From: a virus
Direction: 5' to 3' (one strand)
DNA: 64,000 nt
IMG/VR virus record: IMGVR_UViG_3300041956_000050
Span: 44,064 to 108,063 of that record
The notes below the pieces were generated by a model. The model was given only the letters and a program-made list of their open reading frames with translations. It was not told where the DNA came from and did not search any database. Positions 54,369-63,973 of this stretch are shown one piece after another (position 1 is the first letter of the stretch; the number at the start of each line of letters is the position of its first letter). A program made the translations under genes and the position numbers.

Positions 54369-54827
54369 GTGCCGGAGCAGCTTGACCGCGAGAACTTCTA
54401 CCCTGTCTTCAAGATGCTTGTCGCCAGGACGCGGGTTCTGGCCACCGTCTGTGACAACGCCGCCGAGGTGCTGTCCGAGGAGTTCCAAGACATGGTGACC
54501 GGCCCGCTGGCGGCGGTGCAGGATGTGCTCAAGCAGTGCCCTCAAGCCGCGATGTGGGACGGCAGCTTCGAGGAAGACGACATCATTGTTGAAATCTTCC
54601 GCCACGAGGCGCAGCGCCCCGGCCCTCCGGTGTCAGTGAAGATCACTCACGTGCCGACCGACATGTCTGTTGAGTCCTACTCCAAGCAGACGGCGGTCGA
54701 GAACGAACTGGCGGTGCGGAGGGCGCTGGCTGAACGTGTCAGGAATGAGTGGGAACGCCGTCAGTCGGCTCAGGAAGGGGGCGGCAAGGGGTCTAGACGC
54801 CGCCGTAGCCTGCCGACGCGCAATTGA
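54369..54827 (+). CDS. class I release-factor domain-3-like protein lacking GGQ
   Basis: DIIVEIFR...SVKITHVPT..SVES...QTAVENELAVRRALAERV aligns by eye to RF1/RF2/ArfB consensus; basic tail. Confidence 0.55.
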   Translation: MPEQLDRENFYPVFKMLVARTRVLATVCDNAAEVLSEEFQDMVTGPLAAVQDVLKQCPQAAMWDGSFEEDDIIVEIFRHEAQRPGPPVSVKITHVPTDMSVESYSKQTAVENELAVRRALAERVRNEWERRQSAQEGGGKGSRRRRSLPTRN

Positions 54828-54971
54828 CAGTTCTCCTTCGCTACACTTCCTCCAGTCCTCTCGCGTCTCCATCCCTTGGCGCGGTCGAGGAGCGCCTCCT
54901 GTCGTCGGAGGTGTTGTCAACACTAGAGCCTCCGGCTAGCCACCGGGGGCTTTGGTGTTTCTGAGGCTGTT

Positions 54972-55280
54972 ATGATCCCCTTTGTGCAGACGCCGCCGAC
55001 GAACTGTCCGATGTGCGAGGCAGTAGGGCCGTTTCGCCCCAGGCACCGGCCGATATCTGATGACAAGATTGAGGTCTACATCCGTTGCACGACATGCAAC
55101 TGGACGCTGATTTTGCGCGTGAGCACACTGGAGATCGAGCGCCTGATTCGCAAGCGAGCGCACTGGGAGGCATACGGGAGGGCCACTCGCGTCAGACATG
55201 GCGTTGCAAGCTCACTCGCGGTGGCGCAGTTGAATAAGCTCAACAATCGCCTACAGGAGTTGCAGAATGAGATCGCGTGA
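54972..55280 (+). CDS. Zn-ribbon hypothetical protein
   Basis: CPMC...CTTC. Confidence 0.55.
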   Translation: MIPFVQTPPTNCPMCEAVGPFRPRHRPISDDKIEVYIRCTTCNWTLILRVSTLEIERLIRKRAHWEAYGRATRVRHGVASSLAVAQLNKLNNRLQELQNEIA

Positions 55281-55521
55281 TCTCACCCCGATGCAGCTAG
55301 AGATAGTCATGCATCTTGCCAACGGAATGCGAATGCGCGAGATCGCTACTGCTGTCCATCGCTCACGCAGCCTTGTCTACCAGCAGTGCGACAGCGCCAG
55401 GGTCAAGGTCGGAGCCAAGACGCTGCCACAGCTTGTGTCAATCGTAATTGCCTCGGGTCAGCTTGAGTGGTCGGACGAGAAGCGCCGTGTCAATGGTGCT
55501 AGGCCCGCTGACAACGGATAG
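55267..55521 (+). CDS. LuxR-type HTH protein
   Basis: LTPMQLEIVMHLANGMRMREIATAVHRS...KVGAKTLPQLV. Confidence 0.85.
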   Translation: MRSRDLTPMQLEIVMHLANGMRMREIATAVHRSRSLVYQQCDSARVKVGAKTLPQLVSIVIASGQLEWSDEKRRVNGARPADNG

Positions 55522-56470
55522 GCTTGATGGAAAGCCATCTGTCACTCATGCTTCCGTTTCCACTGCTGGTGACTCCGCGTAGGTCCCAGTTGACACCAGC
55601 AGTGGTGCCGAGGATTCCTGGCAATTTGACGTGGGTAGTGGTGAGCGTTTGAGTGGCGACTCTGCCCTTGTAAAAGCTGTAGCTGCCGTTTTGGTAGAGC
55701 CGCAAGTCTGCTGTCTGGCCGGACGTAGCAACTGACATCAGTGCTCCGAACTCAACGTCGAAGTACCCTCGCAGCGGGTTGAACGTCACCGCTTGCGCGC
55801 CACTGACTGAAGCTGTCAACGAAGTTGTTGTTTGGTCTACGACGCCGATGGGCGGGCCACCGAGGAACTGCCACCCGTAGCCATCGAGATCGTGCAAGGT
55901 GCGGTCGAATCGGAAGTGCCAGAGCGTTTCCGAGTCCGCTTGGAAGTAGCACTCGTATCCGGTGGGCAGATTGCTAGTGGAAGGAAGAATAGTGACAACT
56001 GGCAGGTTGCCGATCCCGAGAGCCATCAAGTCCCACTGGTCGTACTGGTCAGGGACGGGCTTTTGGTTGGGGTCAGCAGTGTTGGGAGCGCCCTTGGCGA
56101 TGTAGCTGGAGCCATTCTGCTCCACGGCGTCGAGCGTCACATACTGAGTGTTGTCTTGAACCGGGCCGCGCCAGTTGAGGCTCCGGCCGCTCACTCCCTG
56201 TGGGCCTTCTTCGCCCTCTGGCCCCTGCTGTCCCTGAGCGCCGGTATCACCTTTGTCACCCTTTGGGCCATCAGCGCCTTGCGGTCCCTGCGGTCCTGGC
56301 GCTCCATCTGCGCCTGGCGGACCTTCCGGCCCGACTCCCATCGTCCACTCAGAGCCGGTCCAGACGTGCATGTGCTCGTCAAGTGTATTGAAGTACGTCT
56401 CACCCGGCTGTGGGTTGGCCGGGGCTTCTTCTAGGCGGGTGACTCTCAGGCGTCCAGTGAACTCAGGCAT
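55499..56470 (-). CDS. collagen-repeat fibre protein
   Basis: Gly-X-Y run, LNWRGP...NGSSYIA module. Confidence 0.75.
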   Translation of the reverse strand: MPEFTGRLRVTRLEEAPANPQPGETYFNTLDEHMHVWTGSEWTMGVGPEGPPGADGAPGPQGPQGADGPKGDKGDTGAQGQQGPEGEEGPQGVSGRSLNWRGPVQDNTQYVTLDAVEQNGSSYIAKGAPNTADPNQKPVPDQYDQWDLMALGIGNLPVVTILPSTSNLPTGYECYFQADSETLWHFRFDRTLHDLDGYGWQFLGGPPIGVVDQTTTSLTASVSGAQAVTFNPLRGYFDVEFGALMSVATSGQTADLRLYQNGSYSFYKGRVATQTLTTTHVKLPGILGTTAGVNWDLRGVTSSGNGSMSDRWLSIKPIRCQRA

Positions 56471-57488
56471 AGCCAGCTATGTTGATTCGTTTGGAGTTGG
56501 CGGGGGCGGATGCGGCGAGCATGATGCTGACATCACCATTGGCGGCGATAACGATGCCGGGAATCTCGTAGACGCCGGTCGCGTCGTCCAAGACCATGAC
56601 GTTCAACGCGCGACCGGACTTGAGGCGGTGCTGGGTCTGCGGAATTGAGATCACCGTTCCGGCTGCGTGAGTGGCGGTCGAGTAGAACCCCGCCTTTGGG
56701 ACACTACTGTTTACTTGAACCCAGTTGACGTTCGTGGAACCGAGCGAGCCGCCTTTGTTGCCGGTGTGCAGCCAGCACGTGTCAGACCAGACCGCGCCCT
56801 CCTCGACCCACACCTGAGCACCTTGCAGCCAGACCCACACCGTGGCGTCGGGGGCGCGCACCCACGCACTGCTCCTGACCTCGTAGATGCCGTTCTCCTT
56901 GGGATCGGTCTGCGCGATCACGAGCACGCGGTCGCCGCTCGTCAGCGAAACACCGTCAATAGTCGCGAAGCCTGAGAGCGAGACGTTGCCAGTTGTTGCC
57001 ACTCGGCATGGCTTCTTGTAGCAGAGGCCGTGAGCCGTGAGATCGACGTAAGCCTTGTTGGCACCGTCACTGTCGGATATGGGATCTCCGACGTTGATGA
57101 GGTTGTTGCTCTTGGCGTTGAGTCCGTTTACCTGAAAGTAGCTTCCTGACGACTTGACAACAGTCGGGTTCGGGTAGTTACCGCCGAGATCGCCGCCTGC
57201 CGGTCCTGTCAGGAGGCCGGGATCTCCCTGCGGACCTTGAGGGCCAGCCGGTCCTTGCGCTCCTGCATCACCATTGTCACCTTTTGGCCCTATTGGCCCT
57301 GCCGGTCCTGCTGGTCCCGGTACTCCAGGCTGTCCTTCTGGTCCTGCTGGGCCGAGATTCCCTGCGGCGATGATTGGAATGACAGGACTAGCTACTTCTG
57401 CGCTGACATCCGGGCTGGGGAGGACATCAACGTTGATGCTCGGTGGAACGTCAACACTAACGGTAACGATGTTAGAGCCTGGTGACAT
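56463..57488 (-). CDS. collagen-repeat tail-fibre-like protein
   Basis: Gly-X-Y run, [31 protein letters not shown]...DRVLV..QT..KENGIY. Confidence 0.8.
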   Translation of the reverse strand: MSPGSNIVTVSVDVPPSINVDVLPSPDVSAEVASPVIPIIAAGNLGPAGPEGQPGVPGPAGPAGPIGPKGDNGDAGAQGPAGPQGPQGDPGLLTGPAGGDLGGNYPNPTVVKSSGSYFQVNGLNAKSNNLINVGDPISDSDGANKAYVDLTAHGLCYKKPCRVATTGNVSLSGFATIDGVSLTSGDRVLVIAQTDPKENGIYEVRSSAWVRAPDATVWVWLQGAQVWVEEGAVWSDTCWLHTGNKGGSLGSTNVNWVQVNSSVPKAGFYSTATHAAGTVISIPQTQHRLKSGRALNVMVLDDATGVYEIPGIVIAANGDVSIMLAASAPANSKRINIAGYA

Positions 57489-57855
57489 CGAGACTCGATT
57501 CCACGGCTCCTTGCACCAGTGTTACCGGCGAGCGGCCGGAATCCGGCGTCCATTGCACGTCCCACACCCCTGTGTACTTCTCGATGGGGTTGGGAGTGCC
57601 GTGGAGAGCGGCGGTCTGCTCTCCAGTCAGTGAGATAATGACGCGCCCGTTGTCAGCGTCGGACATATCGACGGCGAAATCCGCAGTTGCAGCAGGGTTG
57701 ACACGTGAGGTGCGGATCTGAGCCGCCACTTCGCCCGTCAGCGGGAAGGGAGCGACGGAACCATTACTGACATTGATCTCTAGCTCGACACCATCACCGC
57801 CGTACAGCTTGAGATCAACTGATTCCGGGATCAGCGAAATGGTCTTGGAAGCCAT
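57472..57855 (-). CDS. virion structural protein (BppU N-terminal-like)
   Basis: GDGVEL...AQIR...ISLTGEQT...WDVQ pattern upstream of the fibre genes. Confidence 0.55.
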   Translation of the reverse strand: MASKTISLIPESVDLKLYGGDGVELEINVSNGSVAPFPLTGEVAAQIRTSRVNPAATADFAVDMSDADNGRVIISLTGEQTAALHGTPNPIEKYTGVWDVQWTPDSGRSPVTLVQGAVESSLDVTRL

Positions 57856-57882
57856 ATCGCCTGCGAATCCTACCAGGGAAAG

Positions 57883-57927
57883 CGCGCCCCGGCCGCATTA
57901 TGGGCAGTGAACCAGCAGCCGGGGCGC
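57883..57927 (-). terminator. hairpin downstream of rpf
   Basis: GCGCCCCGGC...GCCGGGGCGC inverted repeat. Confidence 0.5.
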
Positions 57928-57953
57928 AGAGGCCATTCTAGAGCAGACTCAGA

Positions 57954-58514
57954 TCAGCAGTTAGGCCAAGCGTCATACTTGACATTTGCTGCGATCTGAT
58001 CCTGCACCCACTCCGGCGCGTTGCCATAGGCACCGGGTGATCCTCCATGGGCGACCCACGTCCCGTAGTCGAACTGGTATTTCCCCCAGTACGTTCCAGA
58101 CGGGTCTACGACCTGGGGGTTTCCGCCGCTCTCGCACGCCGGATTGACCATCGGATTCGATGACCCTCCGTTGGCAACAGTACGATCACTTCTCACACCC
58201 GCTGGCGGCTGGCGCGGTGGCACAGCCTGCGAGTGCGAATAGGGCGGCGACTTCAGCAACTTGACAAGCTGCTTGTTACTGCGGCGTATCTCACTGCACA
58301 CTGCATGGAACGTCACGCCTTTGAAGCGCACCCCGTACTTGCGGATGTTGCGCCCCGGCGCGCGAGTGCCAAGCCTCTTGGCGACCTGGCGGTAGTGCTT
58401 GCTGTAGGACCGCTCCAGCTTGCGCTTGCAGTCGGACATGTCGGCGCTGGCCATCTCCGGCACCAGCAGCCCTGCTGCCAAGCTGGCAACAGTCACAACA
58501 AGTAGACGACGCAT
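57954..58514 (-). CDS. secreted resuscitation-promoting-factor (Rpf) transglycosylase
   Basis: Signal peptide; CESGGN...YWGKYQF..GTW...QDQIA...WPNC. Confidence 0.88.
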   Translation of the reverse strand: MRRLLVVTVASLAAGLLVPEMASADMSDCKRKLERSYSKHYRQVAKRLGTRAPGRNIRKYGVRFKGVTFHAVCSEIRRSNKQLVKLLKSPPYSHSQAVPPRQPPAGVRSDRTVANGGSSNPMVNPACESGGNPQVVDPSGTYWGKYQFDYGTWVAHGGSPGAYGNAPEWVQDQIAANVKYDAWPNC

Positions 58515-58518
58515 AACG

Positions 58519-58699
58519 GCTCCCTTAGCCGCCTCTCCCGCGCTTCTCTTGCTTCCTCAGCGCGCGGGCCGTGGCTAGGGGATCACCTCCCTTCGACGGG
58601 CCGAAGCCCCTTCAGTCCCTGCCGACCAGGCCGGTCAGCGGTCTGCCCGCGAGGGGCAGCCAGGTAACGACCGCTGGAATGGCCCGATTAGCAGGGACT
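58519..58699 (-). promoter_or_regulatory. long structured 5' leader of rpf
   Basis: Multi-segment hairpin 58614-58699, UUCG hairpin 58598-58609, RBS-occluding stem 58519-58582; TAGGAT -10 at 58730-58735. Confidence 0.6.
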
Positions 58700-58735
58700 T
58701 TCAGGACGACAGCGGTGGTTGAAGGGATGATCCTA

Positions 58736-58978
58736 TCAACCGGTGCTGCGGTCGGCCACGATCCGGCGCAGATCGGCCGGAGTCAGGCCCGACGCATCCG
58801 ACACTTCGTCAACGGTGCAGCCAAGAAGCGTGATCGCCTCGTAGCAGGCCCGCTCAAGGTTCTGGCGGGCCTCCAGCCCCCGAAGCTCCGCGCGGATGAG
58901 CGCGTTGCTCTGCGAGCGAACGACGATGAGAGTGTCATCAGTAAGCATGGCGAGATTCAGTGTACGTGATCGCAGCAT
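58736..58978 (-). CDS. small HTH-like protein
   Basis: GCTVDEVSDASGLTPADLRRI. Confidence 0.5.
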   Translation of the reverse strand: MLRSRTLNLAMLTDDTLIVVRSQSNALIRAELRGLEARQNLERACYEAITLLGCTVDEVSDASGLTPADLRRIVADRSTG

Positions 58979-59096
58979 CGTTGTCTATAGGCGCGTATCC
59001 ATTCGTTCTCAGCTTCTAAACCTAAAGCTGCCAAGTGTGTGAAAAGAATCACTGAATCGGCCGCTCATCTGACCGTAGCGCTGGTAGGTTCGCGCG

Positions 59097-59399
59097 GTGG
59101 TCGTGATCGCTCCTGGCTCGGAAGCAGCGCCGCTCCCTTCACTGGTCGAGGGGAACAAGCTTCGCTGTCCACAGTGTGAACAGCTTGGGGATCTGTTCCG
59201 CGACTTCCGGGTGCTGGAGCGCAACGACAAGTACGCCCATGAACTCAACATGGTTTACAAGCACAAGGCTTGCGGCCATGTCTTCTCCCCCGGCGACCCG
59301 CAGATCATCGCTGCCTACCTGGCTGGCGATCTGGTTCCGCGAGCGCTGCTCGATGAAGCCAAGCGACAACTGAGGGAAGGAGGTGCAAGAGCAGCATGA
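59097..59399 (+). CDS. Zn-finger hypothetical protein, leaderless
   Basis: CPQC...HKAC; TAGGTT 6 nt upstream of GTG. Confidence 0.6.
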   Translation: MVVIAPGSEAAPLPSLVEGNKLRCPQCEQLGDLFRDFRVLERNDKYAHELNMVYKHKACGHVFSPGDPQIIAAYLAGDLVPRALLDEAKRQLREGGARAA

Positions 59400-60667
59400 A
59401 GGAGACGCAGGTTCTGGAACTCTTCTTCGACAGCAATGGAGAGGTTGTTGAAGACAAGAGCAGTGGCAAGTCGGTGATCTGGAAGGACATCCTGCGCGAA
59501 GGCGAGTTCCCGGTGACGCCGGGTCGCAAGCGCAAGGTGCCGTTCCGTGTCGTTCCTACCGGCCCGTCAGCAGTGACGAAGGATCTGATCACGATCTCGA
59601 TGTCCGAACTCATGTCGTCCTACGACGGGAAGGCATTCGAGTCGGTCACGATCCCGCTGCGCCATCCCAAGCCGGGTGACGAGGACGACGTTCTCAACAA
59701 CACCGGCTTCGTGGACGGCCTGCGAGTCGTCAAGAAGAACGACAAGCACTACCTGCAAGCAGGACTCGGCTTCACCGAGCCGGATGTCGGCGGCAAGGTG
59801 CGTCGTGGCACGATCCCCAACGTCTCATCGGGGATCTTCTTCAACTACCACAACAAGGCCCAGGACAAGACGTTCCCGACCGCGCTCAACCACGTCTGCC
59901 TGACCAAGCACCCGATCATGGACGATCTGGAGCCGTTCCAGAAGGTGTACGCATCGGACGACGCCATTGATGACGGAGAGTTCGAGATCACGGTCATCGA
60001 GCTAGCCGACGACGAGGGTGACGACAACAATGATGCGAAGATCGTCTGGAACGAGCAGATGTCAACCAAGTGGGTCGTCACCGAGATCCGGAACCAGCTT
60101 CAGCCGGAGCAGCCGGAGGCCGAGGGCGTACCCGCAATGCCGCGACCCTACTACGAGGTGCTGGATATCAGCCGGGAGGACACGGCGCTCGTAGAGGAGT
60201 GGTTCAAGGGCGAGCGCAAGCGCTGGGTCATTCCCTTCGACATCGGTGACAACAAGGTCACCATCTCCCCGGCCACGCGCTGGGTCGAGGTCCGTGAGGC
60301 GATGATCGCCGCGTCGGACGACTTCGAGGACAAGACGTACTCGGTTCTGCTCGGCAGGCTGACCGGCGAGCTTTCGGACATGCTCGGTGATGTCGGCAAG
60401 GAGTACGCCGTGGAGAACGTCAGTACTGACGGCAGGTTCTCCGTCAAGAACATCACGACCGGGGCGACCTTCATGGCGTCCTACGTCGAGGTGCCGGACG
60501 GGATCATGCTGTCTGGAACGTCGGATTGGGAGAGCCTAACGGCCCCCGAGCCGCCGAAGCCGCAACCGAAGTCCGAGGAGAAGGTCGTGCCGCTGTATGA
60601 CACGAGCACTCCTGAGGGCCGTGTTGCTGCTGCCCGTCAACAGCGGCGACAGATGTTGTCGCGTTAG
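59396..60667 (+). CDS. prohead protease (Mu I-like) with extra domains
   Basis: ILREGEF, LRH, NVSSGI and HVCLTKHP motifs; upstream of scaffold and capsid genes. Confidence 0.65.
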   Translation: MKETQVLELFFDSNGEVVEDKSSGKSVIWKDILREGEFPVTPGRKRKVPFRVVPTGPSAVTKDLITISMSELMSSYDGKAFESVTIPLRHPKPGDEDDVLNNTGFVDGLRVVKKNDKHYLQAGLGFTEPDVGGKVRRGTIPNVSSGIFFNYHNKAQDKTFPTALNHVCLTKHPIMDDLEPFQKVYASDDAIDDGEFEITVIELADDEGDDNNDAKIVWNEQMSTKWVVTEIRNQLQPEQPEAEGVPAMPRPYYEVLDISREDTALVEEWFKGERKRWVIPFDIGDNKVTISPATRWVEVREAMIAASDDFEDKTYSVLLGRLTGELSDMLGDVGKEYAVENVSTDGRFSVKNITTGATFMASYVEVPDGIMLSGTSDWESLTAPEPPKPQPKSEEKVVPLYDTSTPEGRVAAARQQRRQMLSR

Positions 60668-60690
60668 CCACAGAGAAGGAGGTGTAAACC

Positions 60691-61254
60691 GTGGGGTTTG
60701 TTGAGGAGATCGAGAAGCTGGAACTCAGCGATGACCAGAAGGCCATCCTTCTGCGCGAGCACACCACCGAACTCGATCCGCTCAAGTCCGAGAGGGACAC
60801 TCTCAAGGCGACGAGCCGCATGTCAGAGGTTGACGGTGAAGTCGAGACTCTCAAGGGTCTTGGCTTCTCGGAGGCTCCTGGCCTGCTGAAGTTCTATCGC
60901 CGTGCGCTGCTGTCGCCGGACGCCGAGGAGCCGGGAGCGGTGTTGCTGTCTGACACCGAACTGGGCCTCTCCGGTGAGAAGGCAACAGGCGCGACAGGTC
61001 GAGAGGAGATGTCCGTCGCCGGAGCGCTGCGCAAGTTCGTGGAACTGCTGCCGCGCAACAACGAGGGCAAGCTCGAACTCTCGGACATGCGAATCACCGA
61101 CGATCATGGCCGTCCCGAGGACGGTGGGTCGGAGGAGGGCGAGACGAGCGATGACCATCGCGCGAATCTCGCCAAGATCACCGGGCGCGAGGTCAAGCGC
61201 ACTCGTTCCCGCTACAACCGGCACGGCGTTGTCTCCGGGGGAGGTGAGGAGTAG
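60691..61254 (+). CDS. capsid scaffolding protein
   Basis: Acidic and helical, between protease and decoration gene; AAGGAGG RBS. Confidence 0.55.
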   Translation: MGFVEEIEKLELSDDQKAILLREHTTELDPLKSERDTLKATSRMSEVDGEVETLKGLGFSEAPGLLKFYRRALLSPDAEEPGAVLLSDTELGLSGEKATGATGREEMSVAGALRKFVELLPRNNEGKLELSDMRITDDHGRPEDGGSEEGETSDDHRANLAKITGREVKRTRSRYNRHGVVSGGGEE

Positions 61255-61643
61255 TGGCGTGGAACATCCGCACGTCCAAGCAGATCGGCGCAGATCTGGA
61301 GATCCTCGTCAACCAAGTCAACGTTGATGTCGCCGCGTCGGTCGTTCTCGACGCCACTGCTGTCGCCCCTGATGGGACGACCGGCGAGCGCACGCTCGTC
61401 GCGGGCACGCCGCTCAAGAAGGATGCGGCGTCCAAGCAGTACAAGCGCTGGGTCACTGGAGACACTGACCCGATCCGTGGCATCCTGGCGCACACCGTCC
61501 GCTTCCCGGACGGGACGGCGCAGTCGGATGCTCCGGCAGCGATGTGGCACCACGGCCAGTGGTTCCGCGCCGACCGCATCGTCGGCTGGGCCACCGACCA
61601 GGCAGCCATCCGCGCCGCTCTGCCCACCTGCAAGTTCACGTAG
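61254..61643 (+). CDS. head decoration protein (lambda gpD-like)
   Basis: LVAGTPL...RGILA pattern; 129 aa directly before the MCP. Confidence 0.7.
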   Translation: MAWNIRTSKQIGADLEILVNQVNVDVAASVVLDATAVAPDGTTGERTLVAGTPLKKDAASKQYKRWVTGDTDPIRGILAHTVRFPDGTAQSDAPAAMWHHGQWFRADRIVGWATDQAAIRAALPTCKFT

Positions 61644-61660
61644 GGAGGAGGTGAAGACAG

Positions 61661-62722
61661 TTGGCAGTCATTGACGACATCATGGATCAGGCCGCGCTAA
61701 CCGACAGCATTGTTGGCCCGGTCGAGACTGAGATGGAGACGGAGCCGTTCCGAGGCGAGCAGATCGCGCCGATGCAGGACACGGATTCGCAGTACGTCTC
61801 AATGCGAGTCGAAGATCTCCATGCGTTCGGCATTGGCCAGTTCCGTGCCCCTGAGGCGAGCATCCCGCTCATGGACATCACTGGTCGTGAGGAGCGCGAG
61901 GAGGTCATCGAGCTTGCCTATCTGGACGAGGCGCACCGCATCTCGCCGCGTCGGTGGGAGATCCTCACCCAAGGTGGTGACACTCTTGCCGCTCGCGAGG
62001 CACGGCGTCTGGTCGAGATCGGTCAGATCCTCGAACGCCGCAACGAACGCCTGACCGAGTGGATGCGCTGGGGTGCATTCTCAGGACAGGTGACCATCGA
62101 GTACCAGCAGCGGGACACCGCCCTGGTGATCGACTACCCGCTGCCGTCCGGCCACAAGCCTGCGGCGGCGATCCCCTGGACGGACACGACCAACAGCGAT
62201 CCCGTCAACGACCTGAAGACCTGGCTGAAGACTGTCAGCAATGATGCTGGCAGCCCCGGCAAGTTCGTTCATCTCAGCGACGACGACGCCGAACTGATCG
62301 TGACCAACCAGAAGCTCCGCAACTACTTCAACGTGGATGTGGGGCAGCCGTTCATGCCCACGCTGGCCGACGTGCTCAAGCTCCTCCCCGCTGGGGTCGA
62401 GTTCGTGCCGGTCAACGAGGCGTACCGCGAGGAGTCGGTCGGCGGCAGCAAGCGCCCGGAGGACCACACGCGCTACCTGCCAATCGGCAACCTCCTCATC
62501 ACCACCAGCTACAGCATCGCTGGGTTCGGTGGCATCGCGGAGACGCTGAACGGCCCGGTCGAGATCAAGACCGGCCCGGACTCGACATCATTCCTGCCGG
62601 GTCCGCAGTCCGAGATCATCCTCAAGGGCGAGGGTGTCTACACACGCCTGCTGCGCCAGGGAAGCCGTCGCATCGTGCGGCTGAAGCGGCCGGAGGCGTT
62701 CCTCTACGGCGACGTGCGCTAG
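61661..62722 (+). CDS. major capsid protein (HK97 fold, gpE-like)
   Basis: 353 aa; RLTEWMRW, IDY and W...SDPVNDL motifs; strong RBS. Confidence 0.85.
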   Translation: MAVIDDIMDQAALTDSIVGPVETEMETEPFRGEQIAPMQDTDSQYVSMRVEDLHAFGIGQFRAPEASIPLMDITGREEREEVIELAYLDEAHRISPRRWEILTQGGDTLAAREARRLVEIGQILERRNERLTEWMRWGAFSGQVTIEYQQRDTALVIDYPLPSGHKPAAAIPWTDTTNSDPVNDLKTWLKTVSNDAGSPGKFVHLSDDDAELIVTNQKLRNYFNVDVGQPFMPTLADVLKLLPAGVEFVPVNEAYREESVGGSKRPEDHTRYLPIGNLLITTSYSIAGFGGIAETLNGPVEIKTGPDSTSFLPGPQSEIILKGEGVYTRLLRQGSRRIVRLKRPEAFLYGDVR

Positions 62723-62737
62723 AAGGGAGGTGACAAC

Positions 62738-63439
62738 ATGGGTTACAAGGTTCTCGTTGACGAGGTGACCGTTCACGTCACGATCAACAAGCTGCCCCAG
62801 CCGGACGGCTCGGTGATCTACCAGAACGGCCTCGGCCAGACGTACTACCGCGATGAGGTCGTCCCTGACGACAAGATCGCGGAGGACTGGAAGGAAGCGC
62901 TGGATTCGGGCGAAGGCCCGTTGGCCGAAGCGCTCAGCAAGAAGCTGGAGAAGTCCGATGACACCGGTGGTGACACCGGCAAGCGTCTCGGCGCTCCGTT
63001 CGCGGGCTACGAAGACATGGAAGAGGATGACATCCTCGCTGCCATGAAGGCGTTGCCCTCGGCCGCGATCCAGCGGATCAAGGAGTTCGAGGAGCAGCAG
63101 GACGAACCGCGCGAGCGGATCACCAGCTACAACGTCGGCTACGGGGAGTCCGCAGTGGATCGTCAGGCAGGACTGGTGTCATCTGACGTTCAGGACTCCG
63201 ATCCGGACAAGGCGTCGGCCCGAATCAGCACCCGCGAGGTGCCGGAGGAAGGGCCGGTCGTGCCCGGTGAGGGGATCACTGGGACGGGTGACCCGCAGGT
63301 TCCCTACGGCTCGCGTGCCGACGAGGAGAAGGGCGACATCAAGGGCAGCGGCAGCCCGCGCCGCCGTGGCCGTCGCGACCGGCAGCCCAAGCCCCAGGAG
63401 GGCGGGGCCGCTCCGTCTCTGGACAAGGCCAACGAGTAA
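62738..63439 (+). CDS. acidic hypothetical virion/assembly protein
   Basis: Follows the MCP; PFAGYEDM helical motif. Confidence 0.6.
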   Translation: MGYKVLVDEVTVHVTINKLPQPDGSVIYQNGLGQTYYRDEVVPDDKIAEDWKEALDSGEGPLAEALSKKLEKSDDTGGDTGKRLGAPFAGYEDMEEDDILAAMKALPSAAIQRIKEFEEQQDEPRERITSYNVGYGESAVDRQAGLVSSDVQDSDPDKASARISTREVPEEGPVVPGEGITGTGDPQVPYGSRADEEKGDIKGSGSPRRRGRRDRQPKPQEGGAAPSLDKANE

Positions 63440-63466
63440 GCAGTACTGACGAAAGGAGGGATTCTC

Positions 63467-63973
63467 ATGGCGTTGACAGATCCGATTGCTCTCGCGGCGA
63501 GGGACGAGCTTCCCGAGACGTGGGACAAGCTGTTGGAGACGCCGACGTTCGGTGAGGAAGCCCTCCAACGTCGCCTCGATGTCCTGCTGTACCGAGCGTT
63601 CGGCACTGTCGAGATTGAGCAGGATGATCTTGATCCTGTTCTTGTCAGTTATCTTGGCAAGCGCCTGGCGCTCGACCTGATCATCCCCGGCATCGACTAC
63701 TGGTCGAAGCAGGTGCTCTCGCTCACAGCAGGCGAGCGGGAGACGAAGGCATACAAGGATCGCGCGGAGGACTTGAAGGAACTCCGCAAGATGCTGCTGA
63801 ACGACACAGCGCAGATGGCGGTGGAAGTTGGAGCAGTGCTACCTCAGATCCCACGCCCGCAAGGCAACTTCAGCCGCGTGCTGGAATCGGGATTCTCGAC
63901 AGCACACGTGACATCTGACCCGCTGACGTTCCCGCCGCTGTATGGCCCGCCCGAGGAGACGACGACAGGATGA
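63467..63973 (+). CDS. putative head-tail adaptor
   Basis: Position and size after the capsid genes; helical. Confidence 0.55.
   Translation: MALTDPIALAARDELPETWDKLLETPTFGEEALQRRLDVLLYRAFGTVEIEQDDLDPVLVSYLGKRLALDLIIPGIDYWSKQVLSLTAGERETKAYKDRAEDLKELRKMLLNDTAQMAVEVGAVLPQIPRPQGNFSRVLESGFSTAHVTSDPLTFPPLYGPPEETTTG

Noticed and set aside
58519-58699. c-di-AMP (ydaO) riboswitch or hammerhead (CUGAGGA) in the rpf leader
   Set aside because: The ydaO consensus segments are not visible, and CUGAGGA lacks hammerhead stems
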